A stretch of DNA of 64,000 bases from Haplodiscus bocki (lineage: Eukaryota): assembly GCA_965655095.1 (NCBI GenBank), contig OZ296652.1, positions 110,980,001 through 111,044,000 of the forward strand. Reading direction: 5' to 3'. Below the pieces are notes generated by a model that worked only from the letters and a program-made list of their open reading frames with translations, did not search any database and was not told the origin of the DNA. Positions within the stretch are counted from its first letter, which is position 1. The number at the start of each line of letters is the position of its first letter. Shown here one piece after another: positions 62,391-64,000 of this stretch. A program made the position numbers and the translations under genes.

Positions 62391-64000
62391 AATACAGAGA
62401 AGCGGAGTTTCGCAAAGCCGGCACCCCGACAGGTCAAAATTGTTCAAGGAAATATCTCTCGACAACATTCTAAAAATATCAAATTTTACGTTTAAATTGA
62501 TATCTCTCCGGTAATGCATAAAAAGGAGATCACTGGCTGAAAGTAGACATTAGCAGTTTCGATAGGTGGCATTAGCAGCGGAGGCTCTCAATCCAATAGG
62601 TATTGGCAACAAAAGTTACAATACAAAACGTCATTATACTAACAGAAAGGTGATTTCGAGGTAATGAAATCTCTCTTGGATAATGTACTACAATAGAAAT
62701 AACTGGCTCCCAGAATAATTTCCAAACTGCGAAGAGCTCAATTGAAAATATAGGATTGCAATCCCGCCACTCATGTCCAGAAAACCGCAAAAACCAAATT
62801 CTGAAATTCTTAAAATCGAAGTTCAAATTGCATTATTTCTGGAAAATCTATACACCAGCCGAAAAAATCGAGTCAGCACCAACTGTACAGCTCAAAATAC
62901 TCATAAGACAGAGTTGATTTTGATCTTTGAAAAAAAACTGTACTAGGTATATTTGTTGGTGTACAATATACCAAAACATAGCTTAAGCTGGGATTCGAGC
63001 CCTGTACTTGCCGATTCGGTAGATTTCATCAGGTAGGCACGACAAAAATTGTGCAACGCAGGTCCAGAAATTTTCACTGAGATAGATTATGGTATAGTTT
63101 CGTGAATAAAATATATATAACATCTAACGGGGTTTGGATCGGCAACATGAGGCTTCGGAGCCATTTTGTTCTACCAACAGGGCCATTTAACCTGTAAAAA
63201 ATTCAAAACTGCAAGTATGTCCGCATCGGATCAGTTCAACTTGAGCTATGTCATCTTACAAAAAAAAGAAGTCACTACTATAGTCTGCCTATTTACTAAA
63301 AGGCAGATCCGCGGCTCTCCGAGGGTTTTCCGAACAACGAGTAGGTGACGTTCACGTGGAGACGATAAGAATTTAGGCAACAGATACATTGGAAAAAATG
63401 TCTGAAAAGAGCTCAGACATTCACATCTTTTTCGACTTCTTCGAATACTTTCTACATAAGAAGACGGCAACCAGATGTTTTATTAGATTTTCAGCAGGAT
63501 TTTCTTCAGCCCGAGCAATTAGTGAGCCTTCTCAATCATCGCAGAAAACCGTCTATACTGTAAACGAAATAAGCAAACATTAATTAGGGCCAGTTGTTAC
63601 CGTGCAGACAAAAAAGCGTCAGTCGTAATTAGCTTGCATTTCCAGCTTAAAAGATACCCGTCCAAGGCAGATAGGACTTCGCAAAATTTTGATTTTGTTA
63701 TTTGCGCGCTCTCACCGCTACTATGATGGTCCGTAGTGTCCCTCCTGTAGTCACAAGTAGCTTTGCACGAAATTTATTTTGGACGAGGTCGCAAAATGTA
63801 GAAAAAAAGCATAAAAAAACCGAGTAACACTATAAGTACTTCGTAAAATCAAAATTTTCCGAAGTCCTCAAAAGGCCATTTTCTGGTTGTCTTGAAAAAT
63901 CCTAAAATTGTTTAAATTAGGAAAAAGCTTGAAATTTGCAGTAAAAATGCATATTATAGAGTAATATTTTTTCAAGAAACAAACGTCTTTTTCTGATCCG

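Noticed and set aside
61780-64000. Further upstream ETFDH exons
   Set aside because: No translation matching the expected upstream ETFDH sequence was found; those exons are probably beyond the window.

Overview
This is eukaryotic (invertebrate-like) genomic DNA; an acoel or other marine invertebrate is my guess, but the host is not established. The backbone is the 3' part of a minus-strand ETFDH gene (ETF-ubiquinone oxidoreductase): 7 exons between 61773 and 6952 with GT-AG introns in matching phases. One intron (10016-59520, about 49.5 kb) is filled with virus-like elements. (1) A decayed env-bearing Ty3/Gypsy LTR element (12209-23613, 5-bp TSD ATATG) with protease, RT, RNase H, integrase, a TARG1-like macrodomain and a furin-site fusion protein. 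(2) A structurally complete 17.4-kb Polinton/Maverick (adintovirus-like) provirus (37250-54681, 6-bp TSD TATACA) with pPolB, integrase, major capsid, two pentons, packaging ATPase, adenain protease and about ten accessory genes, several carrying stops or frameshifts. (3) An ~11.43-kb near-identical tandem duplication (17021-28453 / 28454-39883) that copies part of the Gypsy and the Polinton's left end. (4) An older, divergent pPolB relic. The strongest unexplained signals are in the Polinton: almost every gene starts at TAAATG (the poxvirus late initiator), a repeated intergenic motif, a giant-virus-like ORF and hairpin-forming termini. Together these suggest a helper-virus-dependent, virophage-like element; that reading is inference.
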